Assembly: GCA_963775425.1 (NCBI GenBank)
Contig: CAVZJB010000003.1
Location: 64,001 to 128,000 of the forward strand
Length of the DNA: 64,000 nucleotides
Source of the DNA: an uncultured delta proteobacterium
Lineage (GTDB): Bacteria; Myxococcota; UBA727; VGSZ01
Direction of reading: 5' to 3'
Position numbers and translations under genes: made by a program. Within the stretch, counting starts at the first letter, position 1; every line of letters begins with the position of its first letter. Positions 63,879 to 64,000 of the stretch are shown here, in pieces. The notes beneath the pieces were generated by a model. It worked only from the letters and a program-made list of their open reading frames with translations. It was not told the DNA's origin and searched no databases.

Positions 63879-64000
63879 ATGCTGACGCTCGTCAAGACCA
63901 TCCTCGCGGCACGCCGCGCCCCCGCCGTCGCTCTCGTCCGCTGGACCGAGACGCGGCCGCTCCCGCCTCCGCTCCCCGCGGACGACGACGACCTGTTCGG
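63879..64000 (+). CDS. Hypothetical protein, 5' fragment (runs off the window)
   Basis: GGAGG RBS then ATG 63879; frame open to the window end. Confidence 0.5.
   Translation, partial: MLTLVKTILAARRAPAVALVRWTETRPLPPPLPADDDDLF

Overview
Very GC-rich bacterial DNA, most consistent with a Myxococcota lineage (MYXO-CTERM-type tails, GYF/zinc-ribbon protein, MXAN_6640-like metalloprotease, eukaryote-like Ser/Thr kinase, sigma-54-like promoters). I see no rRNA, tRNA, CRISPR array or transposase. The first 31 kb look like an alpha-glucan (starch/maltodextrin) utilisation region: a MalE-MalF fusion, MalK, an outer-membrane beta-barrel candidate, a glucodextranase DOMON-like protein and a 14.7-kb operon of six ATGA-coupled genes (16032-30754). 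That operon encodes two very large secreted GH13 enzymes and four predicted lipoproteins. One enzyme ends in a dockerin-like Ca-binding segment and is followed directly by a small cohesin-like lipoprotein. Two large lipoproteins carry Ig-like and CBM-like modules, including a shared paralogous domain I cannot name. I propose, as inference, a surface 'amylosome-like' complex in a diderm bacterium; this is the best candidate for an undescribed system. Two short dispersed repeat families (one GTAG/GTGG REP-like) sit inside the 5' coding ends of exported-protein genes. Three genes show single-base frameshifts, possibly assembly errors. The rest is mixed housekeeping and stress genes: Ku-LigD, VIT1, RlmI, PyrC, GreB, RpsA, PfpI, a GH25 lysozyme and a PAP2-desaturase-AKR operon. 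All family assignments come from motif recognition by eye, not database searches.
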